Both the position numbers and the translations under genes were made by a program. The notes below the pieces were generated by a model. That model worked only from the letters and a program-made list of their open reading frames with translations. It did not search any database and was not told the origin of the DNA. A stretch of DNA of 50,132 nucleotides, counting the filler, from Bipalium vagum (lineage: Eukaryota), in NCBI GenBank assembly GCA_037834085.1. It is 2 parts of 2 records of this genome, joined end to end, with 100 filler letters (N's around TTAATTAATTAA, not from the genome) between each part and the next. Parts side by side here need not be neighbours in the genome. Positions count along the whole stretch, not along the records: positions 1 to 29,519 come from JBBMKC010025708.1; 1 more part is not named here. One strand, 5' to 3'. Below, piece after piece: positions 1 to 12,500 of the stretch (positions within the stretch are counted from its first letter, which is position 1; every line of letters starts with the position of its first letter).

Positions 1-960
1 TCAATACATAATAAATTTTACTATTTTATTTAAATTATCACCAGATTATTAATCAAACTGATTAAGTAAAACAAACAGCGAGAATTAATGCAACTACCCA
101 AGAATAGTAATTTACCAAGATTTATCAAATCAGTCAACTAAATTTTGTATATCTATGATAAGTTTACGAATAACAAAGAATCCAGCGTAAAAAAAGAAAA
201 AAGTGAATATAAGAAAATTAATAAAATTCATTATCAAGATGGATTCGAAAGTTTTAAAAGTAAAAATTGTAAACCATGAATGAAAAAGGCTTAAAGGTAA
301 CCTCTGTAACTGCGAAGACGAGAACATTTTTAAAAAATCAAAACAGTCACTCAAAAAGTAATGCAAGATAATATCATGTATAGATTTCAATGTAATGGCT
401 GTGGTCATCTAGAGGAGACACACAGGGTCACCTGAAAACTCGAACTAGTGAGAATTCCCAAAAAATAGAACAAGTAAAGTCTTGGATCACACTGTTGGTT
501 GCAAAGAAAGACAAAAAAATGAAAAATATAGGAATGAAAATGAATTTTGTGTGGTAATGAGCAATTTGATAATGACGAAGAACGAAAAATGTGCAAATCG
601 ATTAATTCACAAAGTGGAGAAAGCAGAAATCAATGGATGATTAATGTTTTCTTTAATTAATATTTTTGAAAACAATTTTTTTAAAAAAACATTATAGATT
701 TTTAAAATATAATTTTAAAAATTTGGAAATATTTATATTTCATTATATATATTATTTTTTGAATTTAAACAAAAGGTTCATTTTAAATTTTTTAAAATTT
801 TGTCCAATAATAATGAATATATTAATTTTTATTAATAATTTATAAAAATCATGATAGTGATATCATTTGAAGATAAGAGTATTAAAATTGACTGAAGAAG
901 ATATGAATGAAAATATCAAAACATGTATCAAGATAATATTATAAGTAATATTTTATTTTT
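1..960 (+). mobile_element. Penelope-like retroelement 3' remnant (RT thumb/linker + GIY-YIG endonuclease) with pseudo-LTR region
   Basis: Hand translation gives CNYPR (~89-103), then NIMYRFQCNGCGH..ETHR/LKTRTSE (~370-452, with frameshifts), SLGSHC and RKMC.SI. This matches the PLE GIY-YIG pattern VY.I.C..C...Y.GeT.R.L..R..EH. A hammerhead core follows downstream. Confidence 0.7.
888..931 (+). ncRNA. Minimal type I hammerhead ribozyme, degenerate (G12->A)
   Basis: Helix I TTGA (888-891)/TCAA (928-931); CTGAAGA (892-898) plus an extra A; helix II GATAT (900-904)/ATATC (913-917); AAAA (918-921) in place of GAAA; palindromic helix III ACATGT; GUA cleavage triplet 925-927. Confidence 0.75.
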
Positions 961-2369
961 TCGAAAATGTTTGTTAGAAGCGTGTATTTTAAATAATATT
1001 ACATCAATAGTAAATTGAAGATAGTAACTACTCACAATTTTTATTAATTATTAATCTTAGGTTATTCAGTGAGTTCAATTAAGTTCATCTTTAGTTGAAT
1101 CATTCTACTCAAGCTTTAAAAACGAAACGTTCGAAACGTTTTTCTTAAACAGAGTTTTCAGGAAAATCTACCTGACACGAAGAATAAACTCTGGTTTAAA
1201 AGTAAAGTGCTTTGGTAAAATTTCTCCTAAACGAGTCAGAAAATAATTTTGATTGATATTCAACATTTTTTAATGATTTATTTTATATTGTATTATATAT
1301 TTTCATTTATTTTTAACTTTTTCTTGAAAAAATTATAAAAAAATAAGGTTAAACAGCAAAATATGAACTTTTAGGCCATAACACTATTTTTGTTATTTTC
1401 TATTTCCTAATTTACATAGTCAAATTTTCTTAAACTTTGTGAAATGATTAAAAAATTACCAAGGAAAAAATAAATATTAATTAGATAAATTAAATGTATG
1501 GTATTATAAATTCACTGAACAACTTGGGATCTTAATGAAATAAGTTTTCATGCATAGAAAAAATAACATGATTATTATTCTAAACATAGTTTGGCGAATT
1601 TTGCCTAACTTCGAACTCTTATAAAAGCATAATTCATTTTAGCTCAAAACATGAAATCTCAGATCACTAAATCATATTTTCTACACAACGAACTCTAATA
1701 AAACGAAATATAATCATCAACTTAAAGGTTTCAGAGAATACAAGGGTTGACAAGTTTGAAGACCTAATAATAATGCTTTAAATTTGTCGAAAATACAGTT
1801 GAGAATAAATAAAATATTTAAATGTTTAAACTAAATTATATATTAGTGAAAATTCTTCAGAAAAGATAAAAAGATAAGCTTCAAGCTATATTTATTATAT
1901 TATATAATTAAATGAAAACACAATTAAAAGGTAATTAATTCTTAGTATGACACAAGAAATTCACAATTGTAACATATTTATTTTCAAATCATACGAATTA
2001 GGACAAATCATTTTATATTTTATATTTTGTGTTTTCTTTCATTTTATTAAAAACCAATTAACTTTTTCAATGGGGCATTATCATTTTGATATTTAATTTA
2101 TACAGGCTGAATGTACACAGATAATCCCTATTAAATTTTTTAAATTCCATAATTATATAAAATTTCAATTAAAATCGGAGATTAAAACAAAACTTTTATA
2201 AATAAGCTCAATATCTACAAAACAAATAAATAAACGAATATGCTTACTAATTTTATTTAATGCAATCAAAATCTAAATAATTTAAAAAAATTAAATATAT
2301 ATAGTTTTTCGATCTATTAAATGATTTTGTCAACCTATTAAAAATATCTGTCAATCAATTAAATAAGTT

Positions 2370-3235
2370 GAGGAAAAAGGACACTCAAGGCAGAAAATAA
2401 TGGTGATCATAGGGAGAGGATTGTAGCTAAAACATTGGAAGGTTATTTCATAAATCTATGCTTGAAATGAAGTACCAAACTGTGAAAACCATTATAAAAT
2501 TTTTTTTAAAGACAAGTAAGGCACAACCCAATAATCGAGGTAGTGACAGAAGTTCCAAGTTAAGCTTGAAAATAAAAATGATTTGTTGTCTCATATGGAT
2601 AAGGAATGAATCTTGACGTTAAAACAACTTTTAGTTTTCGAAAATGATATTATACGCTTAAGAAAATGTCATTGGTTCCAGATAGCAGAAATTCTGAAAA
2701 TATAATAAACATAAGAGAATTATATGCTTCAACATTTAGGAACTTTAAAGTCAACATTGAAGATAAGATTTTTGTCTTTTTGCTTGATGTAGTATAGAAA
2801 GAAGCGAAAGTGGACAATCACAATTTGTGAATGTATCAGTAGCTTGTAGGTGCAATGAATACATTTTGTATGATCTATCATAAGACTCATGAAAGATCAG
2901 TCAATGGAGAAAATTTAAAAGCTTTCTTTGATTGAAATAAGGCAGCATGTTATTAATAATTCCATCATTATTGACTGACATCCAGTGATTTATCTCCTAA
3001 GAAGTGTGTCTCCCTCCATAGTCGACATTTTAAATCCTATCGATAATGTATTTTCAGTATGAAAGAATGTAATTATTCAAGAAGTAGAAGATCTGCAAGA
3101 AATAAGATTGGATATCTTACGAGCTCAAACCAAAAGACCTCGAAAGACATAAAACACTTAAAATTTTGCTTGTTTGAGAAAATAATGAATGCGAAAGTAG
3201 AATTTCCACGGAAAAAAGGTAATGTTATGCATTTG
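2370..3235 (+). mobile_element. IS630/Tc1-superfamily transposase remnant
   Basis: Broken frames RERIVAKTLEGY, YQTVKTIIKFFLKT, RGSDRSSKLS, LTLKQL, LVPDSRNSE and NPIDNVFS (cf. LPPYSPFLNPIENVFS). Confidence 0.6.
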
Positions 3236-3700
3236 ATGGAACCATAAGGGTATGATTCATCATGAGGTGATACAACAGGATCAAATTGTTACAGAAGACC
3301 TGTATAGAGAATAAATAATGCGTGTAAGCGAGAAATTGCGCTAAACATGACCAGAGGTTGACACAACACAGCATAAACTCATTTTGCTGCATGCAAATGC
3401 TCAGCAACATATTACAATAAATGTTAGCAATCCTTTGATGGAAATTCTACACCATGAGACTTCCTCACTTGACTGTGCCCTACAGGTTATCATTTGTTTG
3501 AAGAGATTAAAATATGGGTCACTCACTGGGCAATCACCAACGATAAAGATTTTATTCGCCATGGAATTCACCAGCTTCCTGAAAGATGATCAAAGATCAT
3601 TTCTAATGAGTCATTACTTTGATTAATATATATATTTTTTGTTTGTGTATAAATAATGACATTGTCCTGTTAAGAAAGACTTATCTTCAAGGCACTCATC
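3236..3700 (+). mobile_element. mariner transposase C-terminal remnant
   Basis: LLHANAQQH...EILHHETSSLDCA..YHLF...HYFD*, a decayed LLHDNARPH / EVLPHPPYSPDLAPSDYHLF. Confidence 0.65.
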
Positions 3701-4689
3701 TAATAATTATCAAATGATGATAATAAATATGAAATTTTAAATGGTATTCGTTTTTTCAAATATTAAGAATTTCTTTTATTAATTAAAAAGTAGACTTGAA
3801 TCTATAAAAATTAGTTATATATTCTATTTTCAATTACACCAATGTTTGTTTGAAAAATTTAATCATCAATTAATTTTTAGGAATAAATGTTCAATAAGTG
3901 AGATAGTAGAACGCGACCACTAGACCTAAAACTAGCAACTTAACTATTTTAATAAAGTTAATTATATTAATTATTATCGTCAATTATTACTAACAAATAT
4001 TAAATATTTTTAACTTTTTAACAAATTTTAGCTAAATATCCATCAGACTTAATCAATAAAGAGTATTGTTCGTGCATTGGTTGGTTAAAAAGTTAGAAAT
4101 TATGCAATAAATGATATTTTCGAATTTGAGCAAAATTAATTAAACTTTTTTATACATTGTAAACAACAAAAATTATCATGGAAACCATAAATAATGTAAA
4201 ATTTCTAATAATTTTCCATAATAAATGAGCAATAATTCTGCGAATTTAAACCAATAGAATTTCATTACAGGTTACATTATGGTTATAGATATTATCAGAT
4301 TATCTTATTTATTTTTATTCAGCCCAAGACGTGTGAGTTGCAATTAAAATTAAAATGTGATTACATTGAGAAAATCTAATTAAAAATATTAATTTAATCT
4401 CAATTTTCAGTTCTTATTTTTGTATTTAATAGAAATATTATTAAAATGTAAGATAATTATATACGTTTCAAAGTGTTGTTCTGGAATGTAAATTACTCCA
4501 AGCTTGATTAATATGAAGATATTTTTGAATTATATGAACAAGTTTATTACTGATAATGCACGGAACATGGTTTCATATATTCCATGTATAGGACTAAATA
4601 TGCGGTTGACCATACCGCACGGATTTAAAGTCGCTGATACCGAAATTCTGTTGTAAAATTTTGAAAAGCATATTTCTAGGTTTATTGAT

Positions 4690-4931
4690 TAAAAAAACCA
4701 TTAAAAAAACACACTTTTGCCAAAGAATTGATAGATTTTCCTTTGTTATACTATAGAATTCGGTGGACCTGGAGGCGATGAAGTGTTCAAATTCCTTTTT
4801 AGCACATATTCGTTCTGAAATCTTTTTCCATTCAAATAATTTTGTAAATTTTTGAATAAATGGAAATGTATTTTAATATCAAATATTAATGATTGGGGAA
4901 TTACTGATGAAAAGTTCGAAATATGTTTCAT
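4690..4931 (-). mobile_element. mariner transposase C-terminal remnant
   Basis: FHLFKNLQNYLNGKRFQNE followed by EFY...LWQKCV. Confidence 0.65.
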
Positions 4932-6359
4932 AATATTAAAGTTTTCAACGAGTTTAGTTCTCTATTTACAAAAAATGTGTTTTTCAAAAATAAATTGAAT
5001 TGTTCACAAAACTAAAATTAATTTAAGCCAGTTTATTTTATTATTCGCGAGTTTTAATATTATTTACATTTTTAAATTGACCAATATTAAAAAAGTACTT
5101 AGAAATTAAAAAAATATAATATATTGTAATCTCAAAATAATTTAAAAATTAAAAGAAATAAAATCAGTTCATTTTCTTATAAATTAATTATTTTTAAAAA
5201 AATTATAATCATAATATATATAAATCTTCGCAATCTTTGAATAATCTTATCATTTATTTTTATTAATAATTTTTAAATATAAATAAATATATATATAATT
5301 TTTAAAAACTTTCTTAAGAATATTCATAATTTTTTGGTTGAGAAATAAATAAATAATTAAATCTTAAACGCATTCGATAAATTACAAGATTTGATTGTCA
5401 TTCAAAAGTATTATTCACATTGATTTTTGATTTCTTCTTGGATTGAGATGTTTGGGATAATGACAGATTGTAAACACCATATGTTTTCCAGTCTGTCTAT
5501 CATCCCGATTTTGACCAAACCTTTTATTTAATATACCAATAATAATTCCGAGTACATACCAAAAACTCGAACGATTATATTATTTCAGCGTCATGGTTTT
5601 GAGGATTTTTTCAAATTCAAAGTGTTAATCAACATTTATGCTGCAAAATTTTGCTGAAGGAAGGATAAAAATTTCTTTTTTAAATGTCATTAAAATCTTG
5701 CTCAGAATTTTACAATAGTCAATCATTGAGAACAAAAATGACACAAGCAAATTGAAAAATAATAATACAAATAATTGATTTTATTTAATGTTTAAATTTT
5801 GGTAAAATTCGGTTTGAGATATTTTGTGGACAGTTCTTTTTCCAAAATTATAATTGATTTTAAAATAATAATAATTCCGATTAATTTTTGTTAATAAAAT
5901 AAAATTTATCTTATATTTATTATTTTAATTAATTATTTTAATTTTCTAATCATTTTTGCTGTAATAGTTTGTATAAATGAGCTGTTCATCAGTAAAATTA
6001 AAAGAAAATTTGAACTGCAAAACTGTAATAGTTTAAATTTTTCTTAATTATCATAACCAATAATAAAAAATTTAATATTTTTAAAATCATTAATTCTAAG
6101 ATTAGCAATTATCGAATTTATAAGTCTATTTTAGTTGAAGAAAAATTAAATTTTTAATATCAAATTTAAATATTTGTTTTATTATGGATCAGTAATAAAA
6201 AAATACAAGAGTATTAAATATTTAGTAAAATGTTATAACGTCTTTGGAAAAATTTTAATTTTTAATTAAAATCAATCTTTGGAATGAAATAATGAAGATC
6301 GTAAAAATATTTCAAATAGTTCAGAATTTATTTTAACAAATAGTTAATTAGCCAACAGA

Positions 6360-6870
6360 AATGAGGGTGATCGTCAAATTCTTAACAACAATAAAATAAT
6401 ATGAACTGAACAACATTCGCGAAATGCACACAAGAACAAACATTAGTTTATAATTGGACTAAACGATTTAAAGATGGATCAAAGCTAATAAAGATGCTAA
6501 TCCATTTTAAAAACTTTCAACTTTTATTATTGATCAAAAAGGATAAAATTCACCATTAGGTCGATAACTGAGAAAAATAGCTGTCCCACGGTATATGAGA
6601 AATCTGAATAAACTGGCACATTATTTGGGTTCATAAATTCAATAATTGTGAATTATTTAAAATATTTCCTCTGAGAAAAATTCCTAAGGCGTGACAGGAA
6701 TCTATGACAGCTGAAAATAATAATCAGATTTCTAAACTGCCTGTGTTGTACCTCGTAAAAGACATGTATATTAAACATCATTATGTAAGCAAGGATTTCC
6801 ATTTGAGAACTATCATAATATCTTCTTTTTAGATTTTGGAATAAAAAATTGAAGGTAGCCAGAAGAATTT
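6360..6870 (+). mobile_element. mariner transposase N-terminal remnant
   Basis: MRVIVKFL...LVYNWTKRFKDGS..KD..P (HTH), TIRSITEKIAV and a VTG(D)-like catalytic start; many frameshifts. Confidence 0.5.
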
Positions 6871-9051
6871 ATTCTGTTAAATTCATAAATATCTAATTAA
6901 CCTTAACAAAAGACCTGCATTGATATTGAAGTTCAAACAGCTTTTAAAATGGGTAATTTGTCAAAAGCCTAACTGTATCTTTCTTTTTGGTTATTTCAAT
7001 GGAAATTGTTTTCTTTTGAGTCTATTTTGATTATTTTTAAAATAAACATTTATCTCTAACAAAAAATGATTAGTCCTTTCTTAATTTGTGATTGATTTTT
7101 AATAAAACTTAATTAAAATGACAAAATTTCTTCTAACGGACTTAAAATTCTAATTATTGTTAAAAAGAATAAATTTTTGCTGCTGCAAATTACAAGAATT
7201 TGTAGACTGATAACAAAATTTACTATTTTTGTTTAAATTACCATTCCAAATGCACCTAATTTAGAATTTTTAGAAAAAGTAAAATGATTTCTGAAATATT
7301 TTTACTTTGGCATTCGCAAATAATAAAAAATTGCCCAAGGATAATATTTCATTGACCTTATCCAATATTCGCAATTGTTCGAAGGAGACTTAATAGGTAG
7401 ATATTAAAAGATTCATTACAAAATAATTTTTTGAGATATTTTCAGGAAATTTATATATTTACGGATATTTTTTCATTTATAACCGTCATAATTATATCTT
7501 ACTTAATAAAAATCTTAATAATTTATAAAATTTTAATAGTATATTATTTATTATTTTATTTAAAAATTTAAATCTTCATGTTAATTTACGGGAAATATAG
7601 ATTATTGAAGCAACTTTACGTAATTTATTTTTAAATACTTTCTGATTTATTTTATATTAATATTAAATAATCACAAAATAAAGGTTTAAAGTATTATTAA
7701 TTAATATTAATATTATTAATTCAAATAAAAATTAAAAAATTAATTAAAATTTAAATTAATTTTAATACGTTTTAATTAACTACTAATATTTTTAAAATAA
7801 TTAAAAATAATATATATTATTTTATAAAATGACACCATTAATATTAATCATTAATATCAATCCTAAGGAGATATTCGATATATTTTACGATGGTTTTCAG
7901 GTTTAAATAAAATATTAGAAAAAACAATAAAATATTTTATTAAACAATGTTTATATTGGAAATTTATAATTTCACTCTATTTTCAGCTTTGGGATTTTGA
8001 TTAAATTCATCCCAGCTCATATTTTTATTAAAGAAAAAAATGGATAATGGACAAAGCAGTAAAAATATTAAAATTAATAGCTTTTAACTTTAACTTTTCT
8101 TTATTAATTAAAACAAACATAATAAATTATTGACTTGATAATTTCAATTGTTTATTTTCTCGAAGATATGAGCATATATTGATTGAAGCATTAAGTAAAT
8201 ATTTCGTGATGTTTATTTAAAATGTTGAACATTTCCATGGATTTTTTTCAAACTTTTAATTTTTAGATTAAAAATTAAAATTTTAAAAATTCCTAAATAT
8301 TTATTTATTAGTAAAAGAGTAATAATGATAATAATATATTATTAAAAAATTGTTAAAATAACTAAAATATTTTGGATAGCTGAATTATTTTTTGTTGATA
8401 TCTAACCAATACAAATTCCGCACTTAAGATATAAATAAAGTGAAACAAATATCAGATAACACTTGCAATCAAACTAAGGGGACGATTTATTGTCATTAAA
8501 TTTAATAATCTCATCGTTGGCAGTCTAACATAAGGAAATGAAGAAACAATTCTAAATAATTTTGTAGTACCTATATTTTTGGATAAGTATACTTATGCAA
8601 GTAATAATTTTCGGGACCATGTTAGTTAATATCAATGTTAAAAATAACTATAATAATAATTATATAATTACTAGAAGGATAATGATATTTTAGGATAATT
8701 TATTATTTTTTACTAAATCAAGATTGAGGTTTGTGACACACTGTCAAAGAAAGATAAACAAATTACTAAGAACCTTTTTTGAATAATAAAGTTTTTAAAT
8801 AAATTCAGTTTTGTTTTAATTTAAAAACTAAAATTTATCGAATAATCCCTTATTTCAAATACACCAGGATAATAATAATAAGTATAATAAAATAATAGCT
8901 AAGAATCTCTTTCAAAAAATATTTTTTCATGAAATGCTAAGAATTTTTCAACTATTATTGAATAATGATAAAAAATGTCTCTAATATTTGGACATGTTAT
9001 TAGATTATTTATCTATAATAATATTTTTGTTTTCAATTCTATCACTCTCAG

Positions 9052-9234
9052 GCAACGTTGATAATGAAGGTCAATGCAATAGACATAGACGAAGCCGGAA
9101 AAAATCAGGTCATGTACTCCATTGAAAGCGGAGATCCCAATAATTTATTTCAAATTGATGCAAATGTTGGGGGTATAAGTTTTGCAAAGAAGCCAAAGCT
9201 CTCTGAAGCCAGGTCGTATTTTTTGACAATAAAA
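9052..9234 (+). CDS. Protocadherin-like gene, internal exon (membrane-proximal cadherin repeat, part 1)
   Basis: Acceptor ctctcAG (9050-51), donor GT at 9235, phase 0/0. Encodes ATLIMKVNAIDIDEAGKNQVMYSIESGDPNNLFQIDANVGGISF...YFLTIK, with cadherin AxDxD, YSI..G and F.Id..G.I motifs. Confidence 0.9.
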
Positions 9235-9290
9235 GTAAAACTTACAGATAGAATTTGATATTTTCATTTTCAGATATTTTATTTTTCTAG

Positions 9291-9785
9291 GTAACAGATA
9301 ATGATTATCCGATCCGATCGGCTCAAATTACGATCCATCTTAAGCTAGATGAATCCAGAATGCAGTTTACAAATGAATATATCAATTCTAAAGAGAACGG
9401 ACAGTCTGAGGACAATGCTTGGATGGACAGTTCGAGCAACAATAAAATGGCTTTAAATCGAAACATAATGCTAATCATTTGCTTAATTATTATATCAGCT
9501 GCGTTGGCTGGAGTTCTCTTAATGCTTATCATGTGTTTGAAAAGACGACCTCTGCCAGCTTCCAGGAAAAGTGATAATTCAGGAACTATTTCCAGAAAAT
9601 CTATAGTTACAAATCCAAATGGTTGCTCCATTTATTTTGACTCTAACAAGAAACCATTATTCGGAACCATAAAAGCAAACTCAAATGATGGGAGTAATAT
9701 GTCCCTCAATTACAGAATGATCAATGCGGACAAATATCAGGATTTGATAGGGGAAAATAACCAAGGTTCCTATTCCGGATTAGAG
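9291..9785 (+). CDS. Protocadherin-like gene, exon with end of cadherin repeat, transmembrane helix and start of cytoplasmic tail
   Basis: Follows a 56-nt intron (9235-9290, tttctAG). Reads VTDNDYPIRSAQITIHL (cadherin A.D.G.P motif), then TM IMLIICLIIISAALAGVLLMLIMCL-KRR. Donor GAG|GTAAGT at 9786, phase 0. Confidence 0.9.
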
Positions 9786-10009
9786 GTAAGTCTTTTTGGT
9801 TTTCTTTAATTCGAAATTATTTATAATTTTATTTATAATTATATTTATAATTATATTTATAATTATAATTTATAATTAAACATCCAAATCTAAAAAAAAA
9901 TAAAATAATAAAAGAAATCACACGTTTCTTTAAATTTCGTGCATTAAATATTTATTTATATAATGAATGAAATCTTAAAATTCTTTAATTCTTATCATAT
10001 TAATAAATC

Positions 10010-10370
10010 ATGACATACTTAGACCCAATATGTCAGTCAAGATGCTTTGGCCAAATCCATACGGTATTATAATATCTACAGCAATTTCTTTGACAGTCAA
10101 TCAAGGATTTTTTGTGATGTTCTTTGAGTTGGTCGATATTTACAACAATGCTAGATGTTCATGGACGTCCTGAGCGGTCTTCGTAATTCTCTAATTTGCG
10201 TTCTTCTTTAAAATCCTTAAACAACTTGTAGATTTTTTTGGAGAAGCATTGATTTTCATTAATCGTTATAACTTCTCAATGCTTTAACAAATAAAGTCGA
10301 AATTGGAATCATATATCTACGAAACATATGTCAACACAACCAGATTCATTTTTTAAATAAATGTCTAAGT
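10010..10370 (-). mobile_element. mariner N-terminal remnant (intronic)
   Basis: IYKLFKDFKEER...EDRSGRP.TS...NIDQLKE...QSILTDILGL. Confidence 0.6.
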
Positions 10371-10439
10371 GAGTTAATTTATTTCCATAATTCACTTTAC
10401 TTTTTGATCGCAGTAGTATTTTCAATTTTTTTTGACTTT

Positions 10440-10690
10440 AATCATATTGATAAGACGTCCATCTTCTTTCTTGTAAATCTTGACCGCAAATAAGATTTGT
10501 ACTTAATGTAGTCTCTTGTTTATTTGGGAAGATTAGGAAGGAGGGCCTGAACAATCATTGTCTTTTACACTGAAATCGCATTTTTGAAGCACTTAATCCA
10601 AAGTTAGCTTGTATTCTGAAATACTAAATATCTTCCATAAATCTCAAAGTATCTGATTGATTTCTGCAGAAATTTTGTTCACATAAAATG
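10440..10690 (-). mobile_element. mariner N-terminal remnant (intronic)
   Basis: LQKCDFSVKDNDCSGPP, a decayed form of F.SGDFSLEDEPRSGRP. Confidence 0.4.
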
Positions 10691-11199
10691 ATAAATAAAA
10701 AACCTCAAGAAATAATTTTTGCATTGAATAAATGTTAGAATTAAATTTTATTAAAATTTAATAAATATTCTAATAAATATAGATTAATTAATAAATTAAT
10801 AAAATCGATTATTCTTAATTTTAATACAAAATTATATTACCATATTACTACCGACAAAATGTTTGAGGTAGGGTATAAATTTATGCATTACAGATTTAAA
10901 AATATTTAAGTTATTTATTTTCTTGACATTAATTAGTGTACTTATGTTTTAATTTAAATTTCTAATTTTTCCTTCTTATTTTAATCAGGAAATGAACACC
11001 TGACCTATTGTAACTAAATTATCTTATTTTTTAAAAATTCAAATATTTACTTGTTTATTCAATTAGAAGATCGCAGTTAGTTTAAATTACTATTTCTTTA
11101 ATAAAATATTATTGTACGAATTCTTCCCTTTAGTTATAATTAATAAAATATTTAAAGTTGTGTTTTGGTTAAAAAATGTTTTAAAATGTTTTTTCGTAA

Positions 11200-11685
11200 C
11201 CTAGAAGTGCCAAAAATGGGTCAAAGACAATAATTAAGAATTGCTGAAAGAGAAAGAATTCTTGTTTATCACGAAGAAGGCTATTCGCAAGTCCAGATCT
11301 CTAAAAAATGAAAATTTCAAGACGTTTTGTGCAAAGGACATTACAACGATACAATAAAAGTGGTGTCCACACAAGCAAAATTCGATCTGGACGACCTGAA
11401 AAATTAATAAATTACAAAATAGAAAAATAAACATTATTTCTTTTTCAAATAGAGGGTACACTGCCAAAAAAATTAGATCTGTGTACAATCAATTGGACGA
11501 AATTAAAATTAGCACTTCAACTATCAAAAGTAGACTGAATCAAGTTAGCTTAGATGGACGTGTAGCTGCTCGTAAACCGTTATTAAGACCAATTAACAAG
11601 ATATAAAGACTAAACTGGGCTAAAATACATGAACAATGGTCAAGTGAACAATGTGCTTTGGACGGATGAATACATTCAAAATGAC
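11200..11685 (+). mobile_element. Tc1-like transposase 5' remnant
   Basis: MGQRQ.LRIAERERILVYHEEGYSQ..., RSGRP, ISTSTIKSRL...GRVAARKPLLRP...RLNWAK.H..W...VLWTDE. Confidence 0.8.
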
Positions 11686-12500
11686 GTTCAAAGGACGGTG
11701 GATATGGCAGAATTTCATAATTTAGGCTTTTCAGCTTATCTATGATTTGCTTTGCCATGTGTGGTCGGGTATTGTCATGCAATAGAATTGGGTCTTTTCT
11801 ATTGATCAATGCTGAGTACATTCTTTTAAACGTTTTTTGAATAATATTTTTTGCATCTTATAATTTCTTAAGTAGTATTTCTCTGCTGTTATTATTTTTC
11901 AATTTTCCAAGTAATCATAATGAATCACTGATTGTGAACACCCACATACCATAATAATTTTCTTTTTATCGTGTTGACTCAGTTGATAAGGAATTTGAAC
12001 ATTCACAGATGTTTAACCACCGTGCTGAATATTCAATATTGTTATATAGCAACCAATTTTTATTAAAAGTAATCAGAAGATGAAGAAATGTCTAGTTTTT
12101 CATCCTCAAAATTCGTTCTGAGCATATCTCATAGCTCTTCATTTTGTTTTTTTATGGTTGGCTCACGTTGTACCCACGTGTCCAATTTCTTTTTCTTACA
12201 TATTTGCTTCATATGGCTGAAAAAGGCTCCAATACAGGAAAGTTTTTTTTATTATTGTTCATGTATCTTCTTCCACTAGAGCCTTTAAATCCCTGTCATC
12301 ATGTTTAGAAGGATGGCCAATTAATTCCGCATCTTCAATGGATTAATCTCCATTAAAGAACTTCAGGTACCAACGGCGTTCTGTTGACTGATTTACAGTA
12401 CCATGGTCCCAAAATTCATTAACTTTTCGAGTAGCTTCAGTTGCCTTTGTAAAATCACTCATAAAAATAAAGATAATTTAATTTTTTTCATTATACATAT
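11686..12500 (-). mobile_element. mariner element remnant
   Basis: LINRKDPILLHDNTRPH...YEILPYPPS in ORF 11540-11821, with decayed N-terminal HTH motifs toward 12450. Confidence 0.8.

Noticed and set aside
130-596. Hydrophobic F/I/L-rich ORFs (also 13282, 29966, 39223, 40777, 41678)
   Set aside because: Compositional artefacts of AT-rich DNA or antisense shadows of transposon remnants.
4904-4935. CTGATGA...CGAAA hammerhead-like core
   Set aside because: Helices I and II do not form with a valid NUH site, and it is the antisense of a mariner coding remnant.
8841-8960. NNPLF resembling the cadherin DxNDNxPxF linker as an upstream exon
   Set aside because: In-frame stop at 8829, no acceptor, and no further cadherin motifs.
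9820-9878. TATTTATAATTA-type tandem repeat
   Set aside because: Low-complexity AT minisatellite with no spacers; not CRISPR-like.
10989-11009. Possible small protocadherin exon after ttaatcAG
   Set aside because: It has a stop (TGA) in the phase-0 frame required by the upstream donor.
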